The position numbers and the translations under genes are program-made. Below the pieces are notes generated by a model. That model did not search any database and was not told the DNA's origin. It was given only the letters and a program-made list of their open reading frames with translations. Positions 1 through 16,048 of a stretch of DNA of 64,000 bases are shown here, in pieces. The number at the start of each line of letters is the position of its first letter. Within the stretch, counting starts at the first letter, position 1. The stretch is taken from assembly GCA_950097015.1 (NCBI GenBank), contig CATNEN010000007.1, positions 10,602,001-10,666,000 of the forward strand, given 5' to 3'. Source of the stretch: Macrostomum hystrix. Taxonomy: Eukaryota; Animalia; Platyhelminthes.

Positions 1-120
1 GTAGGAGCTGGGCATCGAGGCCGAGTTGCGCACCAGGAAGGAGCCATCATTGCCGGCCTTTTTAAGCACCTCCTCAGTTTCGGCACGCGAAATGGCACCA
101 TGAAAGTACCAGGAAGACAT
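1..120 (-). CDS. N-terminal SH2 domain exon of a SHIP/SH2D1-like protein (truncated at window edge)
   Basis: Minus strand from ATG at 120 reads MSSWYFHGAISRAETEEVLKKAGNDGSFLVRNSASMPSSY: W-x-x-H-G-x-I-S-R plus the GSFLVR signature, with a SHIP/SAP-like AG.DGSFLVR context. Pyrimidine tract and AG acceptor at 155-156. Not in the ORF track. Confidence 0.85.
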   Translation of the reverse strand, partial: MSSWYFHGAISRAETEEVLKKAGNDGSFLVRNSASMPSSY

Positions 121-2642
121 TGTCAAGTGCTGGGCTGGGCTCCCAGAAAACTCACTGAAGGGAAAATAAAACACATTGGTCATGAATGCCAAAATATTTT
201 TACAGATTTGAATTGTTAGAAATAAAGATAAAGCGACCGAAATGAAGCGTCTCATAAAGTATGTGTTATATTATTTCATTTGTTTTAATAAAACTCAAAT
301 TTTAATGAAACATAGTATTTCTGATAAATGTTAAACAGTCATTTTAATAATGCAAGCATAATTTTTTCTATGTTTTAACGTCTAGAACTACCTTAATTTT
401 CTGAATAAAAAGCACATTTGCGCGCGTTAAAATATTGTGCTATCTATTTCCTAACGAAGCAGACAATAAGAAAAGAAAGGAAAAAGTAAATAATGCGCAA
501 TGTTTCATGTTGATAGTAGGAAACATTATAAAAAATATTATTCTACGTAACAAATAAATTACAATGTAGACTTTTAACTCGACTCATTTGAAAATGGTTC
601 ACCTTTGCTTACCCTTGTTTTAAATATCGTAGCAGTATGTAACTTTCACTAACTAAGACGATTAACACAAAAACGCGTTAAGCAACGTGTTCCGAGCAGC
701 CAAACGCGAAGAAAAGATGGAAAACCAAATAAGTTAAATTGTATTAAGGTACTCAATTAAAGCACCAGCAAAAAATTGTTGCCTATGAAAAATAGAAAAC
801 ACAAAAATATTATATAACTAGTTTTTATATATATATTATATTATTTGTTGTGGTTTATTTGCGTATTTTTTTACTTTTTCTTATACCACACTGTAATTGA
901 TTAAAACCCGTCGTCCTGTGTTATGCGAATTGAGCTGAAAATTCTCAATTTTATCATACTTTCGAGAAATATATATTTTGTTTCACAAAGACATTTTCTG
1001 TATAATCTTGTATAAAAAAATCATTTTTTTGTTTACAGCTTGTGAACGCATTCGTATGAGTTAGCTTCTTAGCCACACGAAAAAATATAGCCATGGAGCG
1101 ATATTCATGCAATTTAGTATATTTTTTATATATTTAGTAGTAGTATATTTGTATAAATGGTAAAAATGCTTTACTGATCCGTGCAAAGGGCGTTCTAGAA
1201 ATTTTCTAGAACTTTGTAGTCTATTTTTGGTAGCTTGCAGTATTATTAATTAGCTGTTGATCAGGCATTTAAATAGCAGACAATCTACCACAAAAGCAAG
1301 ATTACAATAATATCAATATGAAAATGTTTTGAACGCGCATCAAAGAATTGACTAAAAGCTGTGTATATATGCGTACACTAAAACACTAATAGTAATGGCA
1401 AAGGTTAAAAGAGACTTCTGTGCACACTAATTAAGCTAAGAGCGGTGGGACTGCGCGTGGCTATGGCTGACTGACGAAGGCAAACAAGCCAGAAACCGGT
1501 CTCGGTCTGCCAGCACGAGGTTCGTTCACCACTTTTAGTGTGTTACAATTTCTTCCCCAACCAGATCCAACTTGAGACACTTTATAGATTTAAGGAAATT
1601 AAGTATAGTCATAGTAGTAGTACAGTAGTAGGAGTTCAAGAGAATCATCAGGTACCTGCCGCTGGCTGCACGCACAAACTCGGTGTTCCTAATGCGCAAC
1701 GCAATTCTCTCAGCCTGTGCAGAGGCAACCTGCTGGACCTACTGGGAGCGCGTTGTGCGGCCTTGCACGCTCTGCCATCGGGACGGACTCCAGCAGCACC
1801 TCGCTTTTCACCCGCCGCAGCCCGATATATGGGAGACACACCTAAAGAAGCTACGTAAGGTTATTTACAATTAGTTATCGGATGGAGGTGCAGATTTTCA
1901 ATATGATTTTCTTGTTGGGTCATTATTTTATATGCTGTCAAGTATTCCAAATTTTTCAGGCGCAACTCGCAGCAGACAGTCAATGACGTTTGACCGAGAA
2001 AATGTTAGCAACTTTCCAGCAGATGTTTGAGTGGCCCAAAGCTTAATCCTGCGGCGCAGCTGAATGTACATCTGCGTCTACTCGGCCTAGTGGTCCTTGG
2101 TGCGGGCTTCGACAACCCGCCCGTTGTTCTTGGCTGCAATGTCGTGGGCTGCTCAAAGGTGGTCATCTCACTCGCATCGGCTTTGAAGATCCAAGGTCAG
2201 CCCTACTGCGACTCGCTTCTCGCCTTCCACCCGGAACGGCTGCTGCACGCTGCTGAACTGAACTGCAACAAATAATCGAATGAAAGCGAATTTGGCATAA
2301 AATTGCTAGTAAAAATACATGGAAAATTATATTTATCCAGTATAGTAAATATTTGAAACCCGGCAGACGCGGTTCCCGTCCCTCGGTAGTGTAGATCTCC
2401 TGCAGACATTCGCACCGAATTTTTCGACTTGCAATGTTGTATTTTTGTTATACTCATTGACATGTTTAATGCGTAGTCAAAATGGCGTTCACGCGTATGT
2501 TCCGCTAATAAAATCACATTGCAAGTCACGCACGTCAGTTTCACTTATAAAATTGACTCGCTACATATATCGTAGATTCAATCCTTTATTTGACCTACTA
2601 ATAATTACTTTTATATTACAACATTCTCTATTGTAATCCATA

Positions 2643-7809
<5,167 letters not shown>

Positions 7810-8577
7810 GCTGGCTGGCCACCTGCTGCGGTAACAAATACCCTGAACAGATCCTAGTTACTCATGCTCTGACTGCCTGTACAACATCTAATTATCTAAT
7901 ATGATGGTAAAATATTTTTTTGTGACAAAAATGACAGTCGATCTCAGAATTTCGTAATTATCTTCGACGGCTGTATTTGAGCAGATATGTGCTATTTTTT
8001 TTAACGTCCAGCATTTCTGCCAGCTTATTTTTCCCTTCAAGAAAGTTAATTTTCATCCGGCATTTCCAGCTATCTCGAGCTCTAGCATTTTCTATATTAT
8101 CGATGGCATTATGCCGCTATTCGAATTTGAATTTTCCACGATTGAGTTTTACTACTTGTGAGTAGGATTGGGCGCATTTTTGCTGCGTAATTAAACTCCC
8201 TAAAATGGCAATTCGCTATTTATTTTTGTCGTATTTTCTTCCACATTCTTATCTAATCGAAATGCAACTGAATTCAAATATAATTTACCAACTATTTTAT
8301 TACGAGCCATAATTCTGGCAAACTAAATGTGAGCTTTTTAATCCTTAGACGTACTTTCACTTAAGCACAATAAATATTTTTTTATTGACAATAGCTGGGT
8401 GCATATTCTGCTTATCTTATCCTGCTACAGGCCAGCAATTAACACTTCAGTCACCTGGAGGACACAAGAAATGACTACAGAACAGAGTCATGTGCCCGTG
8501 CTGTCACGCAAGGACCATTAAAAAGTTCACTTAAGCTTTCTTAAAAAAACTTTCCTTAAATATGCAATTAAGTTTTT

Positions 8578-8970
8578 TGCCCAGTGGTTAAAGCTATCGA
8601 CATTAACAAAGCTGATCGACAAAGGATCAAGAGGTCGTGGGCTCGAATCGCAGCCTAGGGGAACAATGCTTCAGTGAGCAATTATTTCTCAGTGCTTCAG
8701 TTCACACAGGTGTGTAATGGGTACCAGAATCGGCTGGGTTAGAAATTTAAGTCGTGTCGGTCTCTCGCTCCATGGACTGAACTGGCTAAATGGACTCACC
8801 GTACTAATTAGTCCATGGACTGAACTGGCTGAATGGACTCAATGTACTGAATAGTCCATGAACTGAACTGGCTGAGTGGACTCACCGTACTGAATAGTCC
8901 ATGGACTGAACTGGCTGAATGGACTCTCCGTACTGAATAGTCCATGGACTGTTCGCAGCATTTGAGCCGC
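8578..8970 (+). mobile_element. tRNA-derived SINE, family B (Meta-domain-like) with an internal ~43-bp tandem duplication
   Basis: A-box-like gcccagtggttaa, B-box-like gggctcgaatc, central tgcttcagttcacacaggtgtgtaatgggtacc. Tail similar to 34554-34602; about 4 repeats of tccatggactgaactggctgaatggactcaccgtactgaatag. Confidence 0.6.
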
Positions 8971-9225
8971 GCAATAGCTGCATCTTTCCAACATACTTAA
9001 CTAGGTTAGGTGCCATTCCAATCTATTCTCAATCTTGTCTATTATTAACGCGTGATTCAATTAATCATTCTTACCAAAAGTATTGTCCATTGATGCTTCA
9101 TATGTCTTATATACTTCTATTATATTATCTTCTATTATAGCGCGCAATCAACGAGCTAAAAGGTCACGAAAGTATAATGTTACGTCCTGACAACTACTCA
9201 TGGTATTTGTTGGCCTCACGATCGA

Positions 9226-9330
9226 GTCACGTGACCTCCGCGCAGAAAAGTCCACCCGGACACAGTACTGCACTATGTGCACTGTCAAGCGTAAACACGT
9301 CACCTGTTCACATTCGATGAGTCACGTGTT
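9226..9330. promoter_or_regulatory. E-box/CLEAR-type motif cluster upstream of the lectin gene
   Basis: Perfect palindrome GTCACGTGAC at 9226-9235 and GTCACGTG at 9321-9328, 230-330 bp before the ATG. Confidence 0.35.
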
Positions 9331-9555
9331 ATCATTTCTGAAGCATAACATGTTTATCAACATTTTAATTTAACTTTCGTATCAGTGTTTGTCCTTAACG
9401 CGATCTTTTTAAAAAATATTTCCCCAAGGATTGACAAAGTCGTCATACAATAGTCGAACTCAATGATAAGAAAACACTGGGGTGCTATTTTTAGCAGCGC
9501 GTTGCAGTACAAATAGCCGCAAGTCGCTGAGTCGTCGGCCAAGATCATCTGAGCC

Positions 9556-10444
9556 ATGATTACAATCTGGGTCTGCATTGCGCTGCTCGTGGCGCTTTGC
9601 CCCGCGTGCCTTCACTGCGCCGAGACTGCCGAGTCAAGTGAGTGCCTGACTAGGACCTTGTTGCTGATTGTCTCCCCTGTTGTTGACATTGTTCAATCAC
9701 TGCTTCTTTGTAGGATCGCCGCGCCAGACGGAACGCTACAAGCTGATCTACGGCTGGGACTGTGTGCAGCCGCCGTACGTCTTGAAGGTGCCCTCTGCGA
9801 AATCGCTCAGACGCTGTGAAGGAGTGTGCAGCTATGCCATCAACTGTCAGGCCTTCACTATGACCGAAGGTCTCTGCCGGGTGTTCGTGTTCAACAAGTG
9901 CAGCAAGAATGTGCGCAGCTGCAACTGCGACCGCGTCTCTCCTCTGTACTTGAAGCAGCAGCCCGGCCTGCCGCCTGGCGTCCTGTGCCCCTTTGACTTC
10001 ACCTACAACAGGTGCGGAGTGAAGTACAAGTTCATCAAGCCCAGCACGGGTCGCTGGGACCACGCCTTGGGCAACTGCAGTGCACAGCTGGGCCTCTCTA
10101 TCATGGCCGAGACCATTGACCGGGCTAGCTATGACTACCTGGTAGCGGTGTACAACAGCAGAATCCGGGAGAGCGGAGGAGGCCTGCTCTGGTACCTGCT
10201 GGGCGGCAATCAGGATCCGGGCAGTCCGGAGCCCGCAGGCGGCTGGTTTTGGAGCACCTGCCGAATCCCCATCGACCCGAACCTGTGGCACAGGGGCCAG
10301 CCGGATAATACTAACTCAAATGAGCACTATGCCGGCACATATCCGGGACCTGGACTGCTCAATGACTTCCCGATTCAGCCCAGGACCGGCAATTTTTTCG
10401 GCGGCGCTTTCTGCGAGTGCGTGACCCCGTTTGACCTGAACTGA
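9556..10444 (+). CDS. Secreted PAN/Apple + C-type lectin domain protein; exons 9556-9637 and 9714-10444
   Basis: Signal peptide MITIWVCIALLVALCPAC; phase-1 GT-AG intron; CEGVC...CQAF...C (PAN/Apple); CPFDF...W..A...C...GGWFW...LWHRGQPDN...LND...FCEC (CTLD). Confidence 0.88.
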
Positions 10445-10530
10445 CCATGCGGGCTTATCAACATGTGCACTGGTACACCATGTGTCCCATGCGGGCTTAT
10501 CAACATGTGCACTGGTACACCATGTGTCCC
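10445..10530. repeat. 42-bp tandem duplication immediately after the lectin stop codon
   Basis: ccatgcgggcttatcaacatgtgcactggtacaccatgtgtc occurs twice. Confidence 0.9.
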
Positions 10531-10754
10531 AACAATGCTCGTACTTTAAATGTATGACTGGTAAACTGCTCGATTTGTCAAATGAAAACTGATAGTTATT
10601 TAGGGCTTCAAACCGAAATAAACTCGTGTACAAAAGCGGAACAAAAATGAATTCAACAAAATATGCATGTACAGTTTGAAAATACTATTCATAAATTGTT
10701 CGTCTACGAGTCTACAAGCCAAAACTAAATTGCTGCTCAAGTCTTTTCTTTATT

Positions 10755-12905
10755 GTGTCAGCTGTTACCCTCCCTCAGTCCATCACAGTGTCAGCTGTTA
10801 CCCTCCCTCAGTCCATCACAGTGTCAGCTGCTGCCCTCCCACTGTCCATCACAGTGTCAGCTGTTACCCTCCCTCAGTCCATCACAGTGTCAGCTGTTAC
10901 CCTCCCACTGTCCATCACAGTGTCAGCTGTTACCCTCCCACTGTCCATCACAGTGTCAGCTGTTATCCTCCCTCAGTCCATCACAGTGTCAGCTGTTACC
11001 CTCCCTCAGTCCATCACAGGGTCAGCTGTTACCCTCCCTCAGTCCATCACAGTGTCAGCTGTTACCCTCCCTCAGTCCATCACAGTGTCAGCTGTTACCC
11101 TCCCACTGTCCATCACAGTGTCAGCTGTTACCCTCCCTCAGTCCATCACAGGGTCAGCTGTTACCCTCCCTCAGTCCATCACAGTGTCAGCTGTTACCCT
11201 CCCTCAGTCCATCACAGTGTCAGCTGTTACCCTCCCTCAGTCCATCACAGGGTCAGCTGTTACCCTCCCTCAGTCCATCACAGTGTCAGCTGTTACCCTC
11301 CCTCAGTCCATCACAGTGTCAGCTGTTACCCTCCCACTGTCCATCACAGTGTCAGCTGTTACCCTCCCTCAGTCCATCACAGGGTCAGCTGTTACCCTCC
11401 CTCAGTCCATCACAGTGTCAGCTGTTACCCTCCCTCAGTCCATCACAGGGTCAGCTGTTACCCTCCCTCAGTCCATCACAGTGTCAGCTGTTACCCTCCC
11501 TCAGTCCATCACAGTGTCAGCTGTTACCCTCCCACTGTCCATCACAGTGTCAGCTGTTACCCTCCCTCAGTCCATCACAGGGTCAGCTGTTACCCTCCCT
11601 CAGTCCATCACAGTGTCAGCTGTTACCCTCCCTCAGTCCATCACAGGGTCAGCTGTTACCCTCCCTCAGTCCATCACAGGGTCAGCTGTTACCCTCCCAC
11701 TGTCCATCACAGTGTCAGCTGTTACCCTCCCTCAGTCCATCACAGGGTCAGCTGTTACCCTCCCTCAGTCCATCACAGTGTCAGCTGTTACCCTCCCTCA
11801 GTCCATCACAGGGTCAGCTGTTACCCTCCCTCAGTCCATCACAGTGTCAGCTGTTACCCTCCCTCAGTCCATCACAGGGTCAGCTGTTACCCTCCCTCAG
11901 TCCATCACAGTGTCAGCTGTTACCCTCCCTCAGTCCATCACAGTGTCAGCTGTTACCCTCCCACTGTCCATCACAGTGTCAGCTGTTACCCTCCCTCAGT
12001 CCATCACAGGGTCAGCTGTTACCCTCCCTCAGTCCATCACAGTGTCAGCTGTTACCCTCCCTCAGTCCATCACAGGGTCAGCTGTTACCCTCCCTCAGTC
12101 CATCACAGTGTCAGCTGTTACCCTCCCTCAGTCCATCACAGTGTCAGCTGTTACCCTCCCACTGTCCATCACAGTGTCAGCTGTTACCCTCCCTCAGTCC
12201 ATCACAGGGTCAGCTGTTACCCTCCCTCAGTCCATCACAGTGTCAGCTGTTACCCTCCCTCAGTCCATCACAGGGTCAGCTGTTACCCTCCCTCAGTCCA
12301 TCACAGTGTCAGCTGTTACCCTCCCTCAGTCCATCACAGTGTCAGCTGTTACCCTCCCACTGTCCATCACAGTGTCAGCTGTTACCCTCCCTCAGTCCAT
12401 CACAGGGTCAGCTGTTACCCTCCCTCAGTCCATCACAGTGTCAGCTGTTACCCTCCCTCAGTCCATCACAGGGTCAGCTGTTACCCTCCCTCAGTCCATC
12501 ACAGGGTCAGCTGTTACCCTCCCACTGTCCATCACAGTGTCAGCTGTTACCCTCCCTCAGTCCATCACAGGGTCAGCTGTTACCCTCCCTCAGTCCATCA
12601 CAGTGTCAGCTGTTACCCTCCCTCAGTCCATCACAGGGTCAGCTGTTACCCTCCCACTGTCCATCACAGTGTCAGCTGTTACCCTCCCTCAGTCCATCAC
12701 AGGGTCAGCTGTTACCCTCCCTCAGTCCATCACAGTGTCAGCTGTTACCCTCCCTCAGTCCATCACAGTGTCAGCTGTTACCCTCCCACTGTCCATCACA
12801 GTGTCAGCTGTTACCCTCCCTCAGTCCATCACAGGGTCAGCTGTTACCCTCCCTCAGTCCATCACAGTGTCAGCTGTAACCCTCGCACTGTCCATCACAG
12901 TGTCA
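10755..12905. repeat. 33-bp satellite, about 65 copies
   Basis: Unit tgtcagctgttaccctccctcagtccatcacag with two recurrent variants (cccactgt; cagggtc). Confidence 0.98.
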
Positions 12906-13849
12906 ATTGTCGCCTCCAACATTTAAGGAGAGATTTTCAGCCGCTGACCCGCCCTAGTTGGAAGATTCCTAAAAAGGAAAGAGAGTTTACGTCTGCTAAT
13001 TCCACTAAATCAAGATTATTCCCATCCCACCTGCGAATTCCCGCGGCGACAGCGCCAGCCAGTGTTTTGCTTTCCCGCTGTAGCATTTCAGCGACTGCCG
13101 TGGATTGACGACCCTGCAGCAACGAGGCCGCAACTTTTCGCTCGACAATTCCAGCAATTTTGCACCCCGCACCCTGTCGGAGCAGTCTGAATCCGGGCGG
13201 GCGCACTGGCAGTTTCCCCCCAGCCCTGCATGCGAGGAAACATAAACTTTTTCCTCTCCCAGCCGTGTTTCTGCCCGTGGCGATCCTCGCGCAGGTTTTT
13301 AGTACATTCTTCCCACGCCACGGCCAATCTGGAGTGCCCGCAGCTTCATCTGTGTTTATCCCGCGGCATTTGCTGAATCCTCCGCTTGCTGCGCCTCCGA
13401 GGGGACCGCAGTCCCGCTGGGGAGTGCTGGAGCGCAAGTGGCACTCCTGTAGCTTTATTAAACAGCCACCAGCTCCATTCGGAATAAGCTTTCCGTGAAA
13501 ACTGCACAGCCGCTGCTTCTAAACTCGGTCAGTCTGCTGCTTTCGGCTCGCTTTCCCGACTCAGAAAGGTAAGTTTGAACCCATAAACTCTGACCCTTCT
13601 TATCGACTTTCTGCCCAGTAACCGTTGCGCACTAAGAAATCACACACCAACGAGTCCCACAGTACAAATCCCACACAAACAAAGCCCACACAAACAAAGC
13701 CCACATTGTTGGTCTGGGATCCCACATCAACACATCTCATGCTAACCAATCCCACACCAATACATCCCACACCAGCACATCCCTCAGTAATACATCCCAC
13801 AACAATACGTTCCACAACATCCTATCCTCCAACATCCTAACCCACACAT

Positions 13850-14236
13850 GCACATTCCACACCATCCTAACCCACACCAGCACATTCCACACTAATACAT
13901 CCCACACCATCCCACACCATCCCATCCCACACCATCCCATCCCACACCATCCCATCCCATCCCACACCATCCCATCCCACACCATCCCATCCCACACCAT
14001 CCCATCCCACACCATCCCATCCCATCCCACACCATCCCATCCCACACCATCACATCCCACACCATCCCATCCCACACCATCCCATCCCACACCATCTCAT
14101 CCCACACCATCCCATCCCACACCATCCCATCCCATCCCACATCATCCCATCCCACACCATCCCATCCCACACCATCCCATCCCATCCCACACCATCCCAT
14201 CCCACACCATCCCATCCCATCCCACACCATCCCATC
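13850..14236. repeat. CCATC/CCACA 5-mer-based 15-bp repeat
   Basis: (ccatcccatcccaca)n with degenerate copies upstream to about 13640. Confidence 0.95.
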
Positions 14237-14969
14237 CTACACAAACACATCCCATACCAAGAGCCGTCCCACCCAGGCCAGTAGTAAGGTCCCATGCAGT
14301 CAAGACGCCATGGATATGCTTCATCAGCTTCAGAACACAGATAAAACTGTTGCAATGAAGTGAATGGTCTGCAATTATTTTTGCTTCAAAACAAGGAAAA
14401 TATCTATGTGGCCGGGTGAGCAAGTACTGACAGGCCAATTCCTATTTTGAAATATATAAACACAGCTATAGCTTCAGACAGGGTATCTGAAGCGGTTGCA
14501 TTGCATCAAGCTTAAGTTATAAACTTGGCTCTATGCTGATTCGGCATTCGTGGCCCGATGTCTCGCATGCATTATCCAGCTCTGGCCAATCATTCAGGCA
14601 CCCGCCTCGGTCAAGTGGTGGACCTGAATACGCGGATGATTTGCTGTCCCACCAGCGGAGGATACTTTGCGGAACTGCATGGCAACAATATGACCCGCAT
14701 GGCAACGGACCCTGCCTCTCCGGCCTTCACTTCCTCGTCCCGCTGCTTGTCTGTCGCGCTTGCCCACTTTGATTTCGAAGGCAAAAAAGTTGGTACGCGG
14801 GTCATCAGTCATTAGGCCGGCAGCTGCAGAGGCATCGCTGCCCTGTGGCCTCTGATGCGGCTGGGCGAGCCGCGGACCGAATGCTGAAAGCTCGCACAGA
14901 AATTTGCGGGGACTTTTACTGTAAACCACTAAAGCGGAAATTCTTTTCGTAAGGTGCGAGTAGTTGCAC

Positions 14970-15160
14970 AGTGGTTGCTAGGCAGTTGAACCGTGGTTGC
15001 TAGGCAGTTGAACCGTGGTTGCTTGGTAGTTTAACCATGGTTGCTAGGCAGTTGAACCGGGGTTGCTTGGTAGTTTAACCATGGTTGCTAGGCAGTTGAA
15101 CCGGGGTTGCTTGGTAGTTTAACCATGGTTGCTTGGCGGTTGAACCGTGGTTGCTAGGTA
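14970..15160. repeat. 22-bp minisatellite
   Basis: About 8 copies of ccgtggttgctaggcagttgaa and variants. Confidence 0.9.
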
Positions 15161-16048
15161 TTTGCTGTTGCTTTGCTTGTGTTTGGACATCATTCTTAAT
15201 ACGAAAGTCAACAAGCGGATAAATGTGAATTCCATGTTGGCCGCAGAGTCCCGCGTATCTCAAACAGTGAGATCGGTGATTGATTGCCTCCCCGTGTCAA
15301 TAAATCAGGCCCGGCCCTGTCCGCCTGGCAAATGGCGAATCCGGGAGAGTCCGTGGTAGAGCAGGGGAATGAGAAAGATGGGGGCGGGCAAACACTCGCC
15401 TGATTAGCCGCTGTGCCCGAACCGCGGGAGGCTGAGCTGGCTCACAGCTGCACTCGGCCGAGACCGGACAGCCGGCCCTCCTCCTCCTCCCATTCTGTCT
15501 GGAAGATGATAAAATGATTGCCAGCTGAATCACTGGAGCATCAGCTTGAGCACTTAAGCAGCAGCAACAGCAGCAGCAGCAGCAGCAGCTATCCCACTCC
15601 GCTGTTCCCGATCTCTAGGGCGCACCCTGTGAGGCAGGAGCTCGCGGCTCTCGGCAATCTGGGAGAATTGCGCGGCGGTGAGTGCGCGGAATCCCGGGCC
15701 TTCGGGCGGCAATTTCCTGGAAAGCGGAAAGTTTATCCCAAGCCCCACATGAGTTGAGAGGATCCTTCAGGATGGGAAATTCATGGTCCAGCATTGGTGA
15801 GGGAAGCTTTCTATTTCTCGGCCCGCATCAAAGCGGCCGGCAGGGCCTGGGCGCTTATCGAAGAGAAATATTTGAGTGCCTCGGTGGGCGGGTTTGCTCA
15901 AGCCGGCTGAGAAGCCAGACTGAATTAATTACTCTATATAAACGGCGGGCCGTCTAGGAAACCATCGGCTAATAGCCGGTTTCAGTTCTCGGGCTTGAGT
16001 GGAGCAACTGTTGAACAACAACCCGCAGATCCCAGCAGAGGCAGAAGC

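Noticed and set aside
10667-13108. 700-800 aa repetitive ORFs in all three + frames
   Set aside because: A 33-bp stop-free satellite; variants show no codon-position bias and there is no credible start or signal context.
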